The notes under the pieces: generated by a model
Databases searched by the model: none
What the model saw: the letters and a program-made list of their open reading frames with translations, nothing else
Told to the model about the DNA's origin: nothing
Assembly (NCBI GenBank): GCA_002104905.1
Contig: MCFE01000046.1
Span: 124,001 to 188,000, forward strand
Direction: 5' to 3'
From: Basidiobolus meristosporus CBS 931.73
Taxonomy: Eukaryota; Fungi; Basidiobolomycota
DNA length: 64,000 bases
Program-made: the position numbers and the translations under genes
Part shown: positions 1 through 11,330 of the stretch, one piece after another
How the letters are laid out: each line of letters starts with the position of its first letter
Numbering within the stretch: the stretch's first letter is position 1

Positions 1-170
1 ATAATATCTGGTATAATTAATGCTAATAACTAATCAGGGTAAACATCATATGGGGATAATATTGATAATATGGGCTAAGATTGGGATAATACCAATAAGA
101 TAAAATATGGATGAGTATATCATAATGGCTATATGAATGAACTTGTCTGTGGGAGGTATGTTTACCCTAC
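1..170. repeat. AT-rich low-complexity (ATAAT-type) end of an unidentified repeat that truncates Harbinger copy A
   Basis: Repeated ATAAT/GGATAAT words; homology to element B ORF2 stops at about 181. Confidence 0.35.
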
Positions 171-1241
171 CACAGCGTAGTTTTGACTGATGTGTGCCAG
201 CATGCTGGAGTTGCAAGGGATGGTAAGGAATTCAGCAAGGCATGCTGGTGCAATCTGGATGCTGTTGCTTGCAGTCTGTATTCTTCTTATTGAAGCTAAC
301 CTTCTGACTCCTCAAGGTATTCACCTGTCCTCTGTCTGATACTTGGGAATTGCTGCTTGGATGAGTCCTGTGTATATTGCTCTTGGAAGCCACTTAGCTC
401 TACTAATATATCATGTAGTACATTAGTTGTTTGTTGCAAAAACTCATTCAAAATCTCTTTGGTCCAAAGTGGAGGCACAAACAGATGCATCTGGCCTATT
501 CTGTGTAAACTTCATGCAAAGTTGTTCCCACACAGCTTCCTCATCAGATTACCCACTCTCAGCTAATTCTTAGTTTCAATACTTGTCTTGTTATACATTG
601 TCTTACATACATCTGCTGGTATTTTGATGTTGAGTTTATGCCACAGCTTTCTATTCAAACTCTTCCATATCTGTCAGCTCTCTGAGGTATTCAGCTCAGC
701 TTGACTGATGAGGTGTGCTTAAATATCAGTATTAAGGCTCATCATAGACACTTGGGCCATACTAAAATCATTTGGTAAGAGCTCACATGGATCTGACATC
801 AACTTTGCTTGTCTGGACCATGCTAGTGAGCTAGGGGATAGGTTTGTCTGGGTTGTAGTAAAGATGTGCTGAGACTTGGTATAGGGATCATAGTGATGGA
901 TTTGGATACTTATACAATAGTCAATTGGCATCAACCTGGTCTTATATGAAATATTTATGAAAACTAATATGATTGTTGAATTTTCCATATATTATGCATG
1001 ATGCTTCTTGGATTGCATTAACATGGATCAGATCACATCAATTGCAGATCTCATCTTTGTTTATAGAGTCATGCTTAAAGCATCATTAAACTAACAAGTC
1101 ATTGTTTGAGGATGACTTATGCAACATAATGATGGTATATATAGCAATTGATGGAGATTTAATCATAATGCACAGAAAATTAGATAAATAAACCTGATTG
1201 TGCCAAATTGATTCAAATCAAATCAGCCTGATCACCCACCA

Positions 1242-2900
1242 ATTTCAAAATGACTTACTCATCTGAATGGTCTTTTCTCATCAGTCCCATCACTAACACT
1301 GGATTTCCTTTGACACATTAGAGGAGATCCATACAAAGTATTGTGGGCCATCTGCCCCAATCTACTTGAGAAGATCCCTTGTTAAGGTTTTCTGCTATTA
1401 CAAGAACTATTGCCCTACAAGGTTTCATACCACCATACACGGCAACAAAAGTCCAAGAAGCTTTTATTCCCAGCTGACAGCAATGTTGAACCACCTTGCA
1501 GAGGGTATGAACAATTCAGAGCAAGCTTAGAATACTTGGTTTAGAAGCTCCTACAGACTTCCATATCCCAGAGTGTTGAGCAACAGGTTCCATGTTAGGA
1601 GTAACTTGGATACCTTCCTAGTTAGAATTAACAGACCTTCTAGAGGGCTGAGGCACTTTTATTCTGGTGTGTACAAGGCACACTGCATGAAGTTTCAACC
1701 ACTGTCTAACATTGAGGGTAATATCATCTGGCTCAGTGGGCTATTTGCTGGAAGTAGGCATGACAAAGCACTCTGGGTGTTGAATCATCCTAAACTCAGT
1801 AGTGGGGAGAAATGTATAGCAGGCCTAGCTTTTATAGGAGAGGATTGTCAGAGATTAGGATGTATTACAGCTTATAGCAAGCCAAGGAATGGTGTGCTTA
1901 GCAGGAAGCAGAAGCTCAACAATGTGATAATTAAACATCTCAGAGTGAGGGAAGAACACAAATCTGAATATCTGAACAGATTCATATATTAGACTTGTTC
2001 TGTTGGATAGTGCCATATTGAGCCACAGGGGCCAAATAGTGCCATTGTGTGCCAGAAAGGCATAGAAAACCCAAACCTGGCCACAGAGTGTGAAACATGA
2101 CCCTATATCTTCATGCAAAGCAGCCCCTGTGTTTCACCCATTGTGCTGGAGAAAATCCATTTTTTGACCTTTTTTTTGAGATCAATGCTATGCATGATGT
2201 GTAAGAGCACAAAAGGATTGAAGACATGCATCTGATACTCAAAACCCATGGCACTCTAAATGTAGCTCCTGTGGCTTGTAACATGTCACAAAAATGCATG
2301 GCACTATCTTAATGCACTGGTACTATCTGGCACTATAAGTGGTTTTTATAGGTCTTACTTTAGGGCTAATATTCAAATATAGTGCCAGATAGTACCAGTG
2401 GACCAAAATAGTGCCATGCATTTTTATGACATATTACAAGCCACAGGAGCTAGATTCAGAGTGCCATGGGCATTGAGTACCAGGCACACATCTTCAATCC
2501 TTTTGTGCTCTTACACATCATGCACAGCATTGATCTCAAAAAAAAGGTCAAAAAATGGATTTTCTCCAGTACAATGGGTGAAACAAAGGGGCTGCTTTGC
2601 ATGAAGATGCAGAGCTATGTTTCACACTCTGTGGCCAAGTTTAGACTCACTTGGCCTCACTGGCACACTATGGTATCATTTGGCACTCATGGCTCAATGT
2701 GGCACTATCCGACACAACAAGTCTATTGACAGGTAAAATAGAGGAAAGACACATATGGGAGAAAACAGCAGAATAGGTAGAGTAGCTATGACACTTGTTA
2801 ATGTACAGTATACTCATACAAGAAGATATCCACTCAGAGAGATGTGTTTAGAGCATTTTGAAGAGTAAATAAATCAAAGAAAGCACTATTCTGAGCAACA
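1242..2900 (+). pseudogene. DDE_Tnp_4-type transposase pseudogene interrupted by a MITE
   Basis: ORF 1573-1992 (LDTFLVRINRPS, HFYSGVYKAHCMKFQ, GSRHDK, RVREEH); homology to the copy B transposase resumes at 2728; ends approximate. Confidence 0.8.
1991..2724. mobile_element. Foldback MITE (734 bp, about 350-bp inverted arms) of the Harbinger-type family
   Basis: Termini AGACTTGTT...ACAAGTCT match the master TIR; ATT target duplication at 1988-1990 and 2725-2727; the halves are reverse complements around a spacer of about 40 bp; TAGTGCCA/TGGCACTA subterminal repeats. Confidence 0.9.
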
Positions 2901-3059
2901 TAAGTAAGATCAAGTAAAATTACCAGTAACTGTATCCTACCACTGGCATTATGGGAGGAACTTTAGCACCAGATAGTGCCATGAGTGCTAGATTAATCTG
3001 GCACTATAATCAAGCTGGCACTATGTAGCACTATCCAATGGAACAAGTCTGATGACAAG

Positions 3060-5490
3060 GAGATGGGACTTGTAAAGTCATTGGTTGAAAAACCTATAAA
3101 GATCATTACAGTGCCACACACACCCCAGTTATTCAAGCCTTACCCACTGCCCAAAGGACTCCATGCTGATGTGCATGATCTACTTAAGAAGAAGTTTGAT
3201 GCTGGTACCCTAGAGCCTTGGCATGGACCTTATGTTAACAGATGATATGTGACCAAAAAGAAGAATGGAAAGCTCTGATTCATTCAAGACATGCAACCTG
3301 CAAATGCTGTCACTATCAGAGATGCTGCAATACCTCCATCTGTTAATGACTTTGATGAGAGCTTTAGTGGCTACTCCATCTTCTCAATATAAAATCTCTA
3401 CTCAGGATATAACCAGATCCCCCTGGAAGAGATATTAGGAGATATGTTTACACTCAGATACCATTTGGACTATTAAGGATGACAAGACTCAGCCAAGGGG
3501 CTACAAACTCCATGGCTCAGCTCCAGATATGCATGGTGCATGTGCTGTACCAGTTTATACCTGGAAATATGCTGTCTTTGTAGATGACCTAGTCATCAAA
3601 GGACCAAGGTTCCAGGACACCACTGAAGCTATGCCTTGAGATGGAAAGTTTGTCTATGGGCACATCTTGGACAATGATGCTATATTAGGGGCCATTGAAG
3701 AAGCAGGACTCACCATCAGTGGTGAGAAGAGTAGCTTTGGTGTATCAGATATATCTATTGTTGGACAAAGATGCAACACTTATGGTTGCTCACCTATACA
3801 CTCTAAGACACAAAAGATATGAACTGGCCCACTCCCACAAACCTAACTCAAGCTTGTGGCTTTGTGACAGCTTGTGGGTTTGTTAGGATCTGAATACCAA
3901 GATTTTCTGAAATTGCAGAACCAAATTACCAACTACAAAGAAAGAATGCCCCATCTATATGGGGTGAAGGACAAGAAGAAGCAATGCAACTACTAAAGGA
4001 GGCCATAGTAACCCCACTGGTTCTAAGACCTCTTGACTTTCAGAATACCAATTGCCCACATTTATTGACATTTGATAGAAGCCCTTTAGAGAACATACAG
4101 ATGGCAACATGTAACTGTAGCAAAGTGGCAAGCTATAAACTGTTGGCCAGAATACAGAACTAATCTGAAACCAGAGATACTTAAGATAGAAGGTATTTGT
4201 AAGGGCAAAAGCTTTCCACTGAGAGCAATGCATTTGTTTTTCAAGAATATCCCTATACTGATGACCAACTTGTACATGGGGCATTTCAAGCTGAATCAGC
4301 TCTATGGGATAACAAGGAAGTTTTAAAGAATTGGCACAATATTGTAGAGTATCTGCTTCCCTAAGTATTTCCCATTGGCTCCAATCAACATTCATATGCA
4401 TATGCAACAATACAAGTGCAAGGACTGGATGAGCTGGATTTGTATTTATACAAATGGTCTTCTAAGCCATTTCTACCAGGAAGACATTGGAAGCATTGGG
4501 AGTCATATATTGACATTGTAGGAATATTTATCCAGTAACAGATCACCAATGCTAACTTGACAAATCAACAGCTATTGTGCAAACAGTTTGTGAAAGGATC
4601 TGAGTGGCTATACTGCAAATATAAAGCTAAACGCGTAGATCTCTGCTGCCACTGTATCCCTTTGTTACTCCATCTGGCTTGATGTGCTGGGAATATTGGC
4701 TTGGCTTCACCTTTTGGGAGTTTCTTATGGAGCAGATGTGTGGGGGTATTGGAAGACAAGTCAAGCCGCAGGTACTACCATATCTCAATCTCATCAAGAA
4801 TATTACCTTCAAGTCTGTCATGGATATGATGAGTTGGCACATGGACAATAGCAAGGAAGAGTTGAAAAACACTGAGAACCAATGTGCACATGGAGACACC
4901 TATTCCTATTGCATCAAGAAGCTAACCAGCCCCAATCAGTGGGTAATTGGTTAAGTAATGCAAAGTTGAGCTGGGTGCAACAAGCAACTAATTATTGTTA
5001 GGAAAACTCTACCAAGTTATGCAGAATTCCTCTTGGTCACAAGCCAACTTCTTCACCATTCAATATGGAATTCACACAACCAATAGCCAGAATGCACCTA
5101 TAAGGTTGACTAGTATCCAGCAGGGAGAAGGAATATATTGGCTAAATACCACAAAGCTCATTGTGGATATCCAGGAGGTAATCATGGCAGAAGTGGCAGC
5201 TACCAAGCACATGTTTGCAAGATTCTTATGTTACCATCAATACAAGGTATATGGCAACTTTGCAAGCATCCACTAAAAAGCCCTAAGGTTGAGGTGATAG
5301 AAGTATGTCAATTGCAGCAGGTGTGCATGTTTGTTGAGGTTAATAATCAGAAGGCCATTGGATTTTGGATTCAGACTATATGTGGATTACTCAAGGTGGT
5401 AGTGGGTAAGCAAATAAAGAGGGGTGATTCTACAGAGGGATATATGTATTGTGCCAGGGGAGGTAGAAAAAGGAAATACCATTTGGTATA
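3060..5490 (+). mobile_element. Degenerate Ty3/gypsy pol (RT, RNase H, integrase Zn-binding remnants)
   Basis: KPIKIITVPHTP..PYPLP, KKKNGKL.FIQDMQPANAVTIRDA..PP, YSGYNQIPL, FVDDLVIKG-like and H..GGNHG motifs spread over broken frames. Confidence 0.75.
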
Positions 5491-5499
5491 TTGATATGG

Positions 5500-6150
5500 T
5501 AGCATTATACAGAACTGGCTATAGGCCACCATACTGCAGTGATAATGCCATCAGAGGCTTGCAAAGTAGCCTTCAAAATACTGTCAAGCTTCTTGCCATA
5601 TAAGGCAATTGGATGTACAGGCCATTTAGATCCACTCAAATAGTTGTAAAATGCACCAAGACTGCTGTTGTTGTTATTACAGTAGTCTCCTGATGGGATC
5701 TTGGTGGCTGATCTGGATTGGATCCACCTGCAGGACCAAATTTTTTTTTGTAGGCAAAGATCTATGATTGTAAAGGTAATTGCCCAACCATTGGCTAGGG
5801 ACAAATTTGAATATCTTAGATCACAATTAAGATTAGCCAATATGGATATTTAGCTGAGTGGGAGTGTTGTAAATACTTTTAATTGCACCTAAATACCCGC
5901 CAAGTGTGTGAACTTAAACATTACCTACAAATCTTGGAGAATACTGACCAAGTCTTTTGTAAGGATTTATATAGATTATTTTCACCAAATACCTGGTACC
6001 CAGAACATGAAAATACTCAAAGTTGTCTAAACTGCCTCAAACTTTGCACACATGTTCTTGGGCCCTTCCTAAATCTTTTCTACATGTCTGCTATGCCAAG
6101 ATCATACAAGATATGAATACTACTCTTACACTCAACATATCATTAAGTCA
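5500..6150. mobile_element. Gypsy RNase H scrap (-) fused to a copia 3' end with PPT and LTR (+)
   Basis: HPIALYGKKL on - strand; PLARDKFEYLRSQL on + strand followed by GAGTGGGAG then TGTTGTAAA (LTR start near 5866). Confidence 0.65.
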
Positions 6151-6546
6151 AAACTGTTTCAAGAGTCATGGAGATTTTGAAAGTGATTGGGAGAACAAGT
6201 TGTATATGTGGTTTCACTCAATGATTTATTAAATGTAAATTTAATATTTATACTTTAACATGATCTTGGCATTGCAAACACATGGGATAGGGCTAGAAAG
6301 GTCTCAAGAACATGTGTTCAAAGTTTAGGGCTGTTTGGACAACTTTGAGAATTTTCATGTACTAGACTTGTTCCATTGGATAGTGCCACATAGTGCCAGC
6401 CTGTTTATGGTGCCGGATTGATCTGGCACTCTACAGCACCATCTGGCACTATAATTTCTACCATGATGCCAGTGGTATGATACAGTTACTGGTAATTTTA
6501 CTCAATCTTACTTATGTTGCTCAGAATAGTGCTTTCCTTGCTTTAT

Positions 6547-7431
6547 TTACTCTTCATAATGCTCCAGACACATTTCTCTCAGTGGATGTCTTCTTGTATG
6601 AACATACTGTGCATTAATAAGTATTTTAACTATTGTACCTATTCTGCTGTTTTCTCCTATATATGACTTTCCTCTGTATTTACCTGCCAATATGCTGAAT
6701 CTCTTCAGATATCCAAATGTGTGCTCTACCCTCACTCTGAAATGATTAAATATCTCATTGTAGAGCTTCTGCTTCCTGCTGAGCACACTATTCCTTGGCT
6801 TCCTATAAGCTGTAATACATCCTAATTGCTGACAATCCTTTCCTATATAGGATAAGTCTGCCATACATTTCTCCCCTCTACTGAATTCAGGATGATTCTC
6901 TACCCAGAGTGCTTTGTCATGCCTACTTCCAGCAAATGGCCCACTAAACCAGATGATGTTACCCCCAATGTCAGACAGTGCTTGAAACTTCACACAGTGT
7001 GCCTTGTACTTGCCAGAATAAAAGTGCCTCTGCCCTCTAGAAGGTCTGTTAATCCTCACTGGGAAGGTATCCAAAATACTCCTGATATGGAACCTGTTGC
7101 TGAACACTCTGGGATATGGAAGTCTATTGGAGCTTCTGAACCTAGTATTCCAAGCTTGCTCTAAGTCATTCATACCCTCTGCAAGGTGGTTCTCCATTGC
7201 TGTCAGCTAAGAATGAAAGCTTCTAGGACTTTTGTTGCCATGGATGGTGGGATGAAACCTTGTAGGGCAATAGTTCTTGTCATAGCAGGGAAGCTTGACA
7301 AGGGATCTCCTTGAGTAGATTGGGGTTGATGGTCCACAGTACTTGGAATAGATCTCCTCTAGTGTGTCAAAAGGAAATCCAGTGGTAGTGATGGGATTGA
7401 TGAGAAAAGACCATTCAGATGAGTAAGTCAT
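6547..7431 (-). pseudogene. DDE_Tnp_4 (IS5/ISL2-like) transposase with one in-frame TAG
   Basis: D(TFPVRINRP)...YSGKYKAHCVKFQ...GPFAGSRHD...ADLSYIG...YRKP...RVRVEHTFGYLKRFSIL..KYR; the TAG at about 7207 is CAG in copy A. Confidence 0.9.
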
Positions 7432-7883
7432 ATTAAAATTGGTGGATGATTGTATAAAGGCGGTTTGAATCAATTTGGTGCAATCCACGTTATTTATCTA
7501 ATTTTTAATACATTATGGTTAAATCTCCATCAATTGCCATGTATCCCATCATTATGTTGCAAAAATCATCCGCAAACAATGCCTTGGTACTTTTATTGAT
7601 GCTTTAATCATAGGTCTATAGTCAAATAGGAAATCTGCAATTGATGTGATCTGATCCGTGTCAACGCAATCCAAGATGCATCATGCATAATATATGGAAA
7701 ATTCAACAATCACATTAGTTTTCATATGTATTTCATATAAGACCAGGTTGATGCCAATACACTACTGTATAAGTATCCAAATCCGTTGCTATGGTCCCCA
7801 TACCAAGCCTCAACTCATCTTTAGTACAACCCAGACAAAACCCATCCCCCAGCTCACAAGCGCGGTCCAGACCGGAAAAGTCA

Positions 7884-9053
7884 ATGTTGGATCCGTTTGA
7901 TTTCTTGCCAAATGACTTTAGTATGGCCCAAGTGTACATGATGAGCCTTCATACAGATATTTGGGCACTACTGATTAATCTAGCAGAACTAGATACCTCA
8001 GAGAGTTGACAAAGATGGAAGAATTTGCGTAGAAAGCTGTGGCATGAGTTCTACATCAAAATGCCAGCCAATGTATGTAAAAAGATATATAACAAGACAA
8101 GTATTGAAATCAAGAGTGAGCTGAGAGTGAGGGGATTTGACAAAGAAGCCGTGCGGGAGCAATTTTGCGCGCAATTTGCACAGTACAAGCTGGACGCGTC
8201 TGTTTGTGCCTCAACTTTGGGAACCAAAGAGATTTTGAATGAGTTTTTGCCTCAAATGACTAAAGTGCTACATGATACCTTAGTAGAGCTAAGAGGCTTC
8301 CAAGAGCATTATACACAAGACTCATCCAGGCAACAGCTCCAAAGTATCAGACAGAGGGTAAGTGAATACCTTGAGGAATCAGATGGTGAGCTTCAGGAGG
8401 AAGAATACAGACCGCAAGCAACATTGTCCAGATTGCGCCAGCATGCCTCGCTGGATTCCCTACCATCTCTTGCAACCACAGCGCGCCAGTGCATGTCAGT
8501 CCAGACCACATCTACACCCCTTACCAGAACGCCCCGCATCAAGTCAACACGCATTGAGTCAACGCGTGTTGGGTCAATGCACATGCTTCAGAGCAAAACT
8601 ACAAGAACTTGCCAAACTGCTCATCTAGACACAAGTCCATTGGAGCAGACCAAGTCACATCAACTTGCAGCATCACATCAAACTTGGCCAAGGGCCATCT
8701 CAATGCGTCAAGGCGCGCCTGCGCGTGCTGTTTTGCCTGACCATCAGCAAGTTACTTCTGGTGAACTGACTGATGATGACCAACATGAAGTGCCTCAACC
8801 ACCAGAGCCCTTGGCAAGTAAAAGAACGCGTCAGTGCGTGGCACTACAGGCCGGTTCAGTTGGTTCAGTTGGAGCAATTCAGCGCGGCCATGCTGTAGCA
8901 TTGCACTCATCAACTAGGAGGCAAAATACTGACTACAAATACACAAGTAGCCAAGATGATAGTCAGCCAGGAAGTAGTATAGGTGTGCAAAGTGAGTCAC
9001 TACCAAATGCTTCAGTAGTAATCCCTGTGAGAAAAAAATCCAGGAGAAGATGA
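7884..9053 (+). CDS. Transposon ORF2 of unknown function (helical N-terminus with an F-box-like or Myb/SANT-like trace, low-complexity C-terminus); in-frame TGA at 8007-8009 may be intronic or a mutation
   Basis: 342-aa open frame 8025-9053 preceded in frame by MLDPFDFLPNDF...RWKNL; lies inside the TIRs; homologous decayed ORF in copy A. Confidence 0.6.
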
Positions 9054-9799
9054 TGCAATTGCTTTGAATTGCTCACATTTGTAATGATCCTGACAACCCA
9101 TTTTTTTTGCAATCCAAATTGAGCCATTGCAAATCAGTGATCATCAAATTTTTGATATAAGTAATATCAAGGTTGTCTCACATCTGAGACAGAACCCCTA
9201 TAAATAAACACCCTGCATATATATACGTTGTCTGTAATACCAGTGCAGCTATTGGATCTGTTTTGCACCTACACAATTGCTTGCGTGCTAGCTATGACAC
9301 CTTGCCCAATCACTAGGATCAGGGATTCACTTGCTCAATGGGCTCAATGGGATATTTGATGGCAAATCAGATAGCTTTTTTAGTAGTCAATGAGCCAATT
9401 GGGGGCTGCCAGCTTCAGGATACTTTTGGACCAATTAACCACTGAGACACCGTCCAATTAGAGTGAGGGTAACCAAAATGGTAAGTATTAGTGTACTTTA
9501 TAGTGTGATACACATTTATTTCCATTTACATTAAAGAAACATATCCAAATACCAGATTTTACCAGCCATAATAGTGGTATCCAATTGTGCACGTGATGCA
9601 TATATTACAAGTAGGCGCAATCATCCGTGCCAACCTCATTGTGTCAGATTGTGCCATAGTGTGCGAGATTGTCCTGCATAGTGCAAAATTGTCCAAGAAC
9701 AATCCTGCCTTCTGGTAGCTATAATATTGTGCCCAATTGTTCTTTACAACTGCAGATTGTGCTGCACGCCCTGGCACAGTACAATGGAACAAGTCTACT

Positions 9800-11330
9800 G
9801 TGTACCTGATATCTTGATAAAAATTTTTTAAGTAAATCCCAACCAGAATTTTGGTCAGTTTTATCTAGTACTTGAAGATAATGATCTAAGTGACCAAGTT
9901 AGGTCAATATTTAGGTGAGATTACAAGCTCTACAACACTCCCACTCATCCAAATGTCCATACTAACTAGTCCTAGATTTGACCTAAGATATTGAAACTTG
10001 TCTCTACCTAATGGCTTGGTAAGCATGTCTGCAATCAGTTCATCTGTAGGACAGTAGGTTAAGTAAGCCATGTTATTCTCTATAGCTTCATATATCAAAT
10101 GATGTCTAATATCTGTGTGCTCAGCTCTAGCATGAAAAGTTGGATTTCTACCTACTTGTATACATCCTTTATTATCTTGAAATAAAGTAATATGCATTTT
10201 TCGACATCTGCCTAAATCTTTAATAATATTCCTTAGCTACATTGCTTCTTTTGTAGCATCAGAGGCTGCCATGTACTCTGCCTCTGCAGTAGAAAGTGCC
10301 ATGGATAGTTGCTTTCTTGAATTCCATGAAATTGCTCCTTTGTAGTAAGAAAGGTGCATGCCTTGATGGATCTTCTGTCTTCCAAATTTTGTCCCCAATC
10401 AGCATCAGAGTAACCCACAAGATCCTGTTTTAAATCCTTATAAGTGTATCTTAGGTAGGTATTAGTATTTCCTTTTAGGTATCTAAAGATCTGCTTAACT
10501 GCTGCAATATGATCAGATCCATAATTCTGATTATGTTGGCTGACAACTTCCAATGAATATGAGATATCTGAACATGCTATAAGCATAAAATGCCTCAAAC
10601 AGCCAACCATAGACTGATAAGGAGACTTAGAGCTTTCAGATGGCACCTAGCTCTCTTTATTTGGTAGAGTTTTGTCAGTGTAGTGAAGGTTTGTCTCCAT
10701 TGGGGTAGCTGCCAGTTTACAGTCTTCTATTTGGTACTTCTTTAGTATATCTTGAATATAATGGGATTGGCTTAGGGTGAGAGTCTGGGTACCTCCATCT
10801 ATGGAGAACTTTATCCATGAGTAGTAACTGAGTTCTCCTAGATTGGACATCTTGAACTCCTTACATAGATTGGATTTGGTCTCTTCTGATGCTTCTAGGT
10901 TATTGGCAGCTATAATAATATCATCAACATATAGAGCTAATAGAGCTAGATTTGCTCTATCTGGCTTATACTATATACTTTTGTAGGAGTCTTGGAGATA
11001 TTGGAAGTGATGGTGAGGACAAGTAGATTATGTGGCTTTCACTTAATGTTTGTTGAATTTAAAAGTAGTATTTCTACTTTTACATGGTCTTGGCATACAA
11101 ACACATAGAATAGGCCAAGGAAGGTCCAAAGAACATGCGTGCAAAGTCTGGAGCTACTTGGACAACTTTGAGAATTTTCATATTCTGGGAGCCTGGTATT
11201 TTGGTGGAAATATTTCAAGTAAATCCCAACAAGGAATTTAGTCAGTATTCTCTAGTATTTGAAGGTAATGATATAAGTGACCAAGTTAGTTGCAACTTTA
11301 AGTGGACTTACAAACTTATACAACATATAC
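9800..11330 (-). mobile_element. Copia 3' fragment (RT C-terminus, RNase H, PPT, split 3' LTR) plus an LTR fragment
   Basis: DLVGYSDADWG, ADMLTKPLGRDKFQYLRS; CTCCCACTC (PPT) next to TCTACAACA at about 9937; LTR words at 10990-11310. Confidence 0.85.

Larger units (their letters stand above)
181..3050 (+). mobile_element. Decayed PIF/Harbinger-ISL2EU-type DDE transposon, copy A (inverted relative to copy B, one end missing)
   Basis: Colinear reverse-complement homology to 6364-8505; terminal CAATGGAACAAGTCT at 3036-3050; transposase remnant on + strand, ORF2 remnant on - strand with stops. Confidence 0.85.
6364..9796 (-). mobile_element. Complete PIF/Harbinger-ISL2EU-type DDE transposon, copy B (3433 bp), inserted in a copia LTR
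   Basis: Perfect 15-bp TIR AGACTTGTTCCATTG (6364-6378 / 9782-9796); ACT target duplication (6361-6363 / 9797-9799); the flanks rejoin into the copia LTR; two divergent ORFs. Confidence 0.92.
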
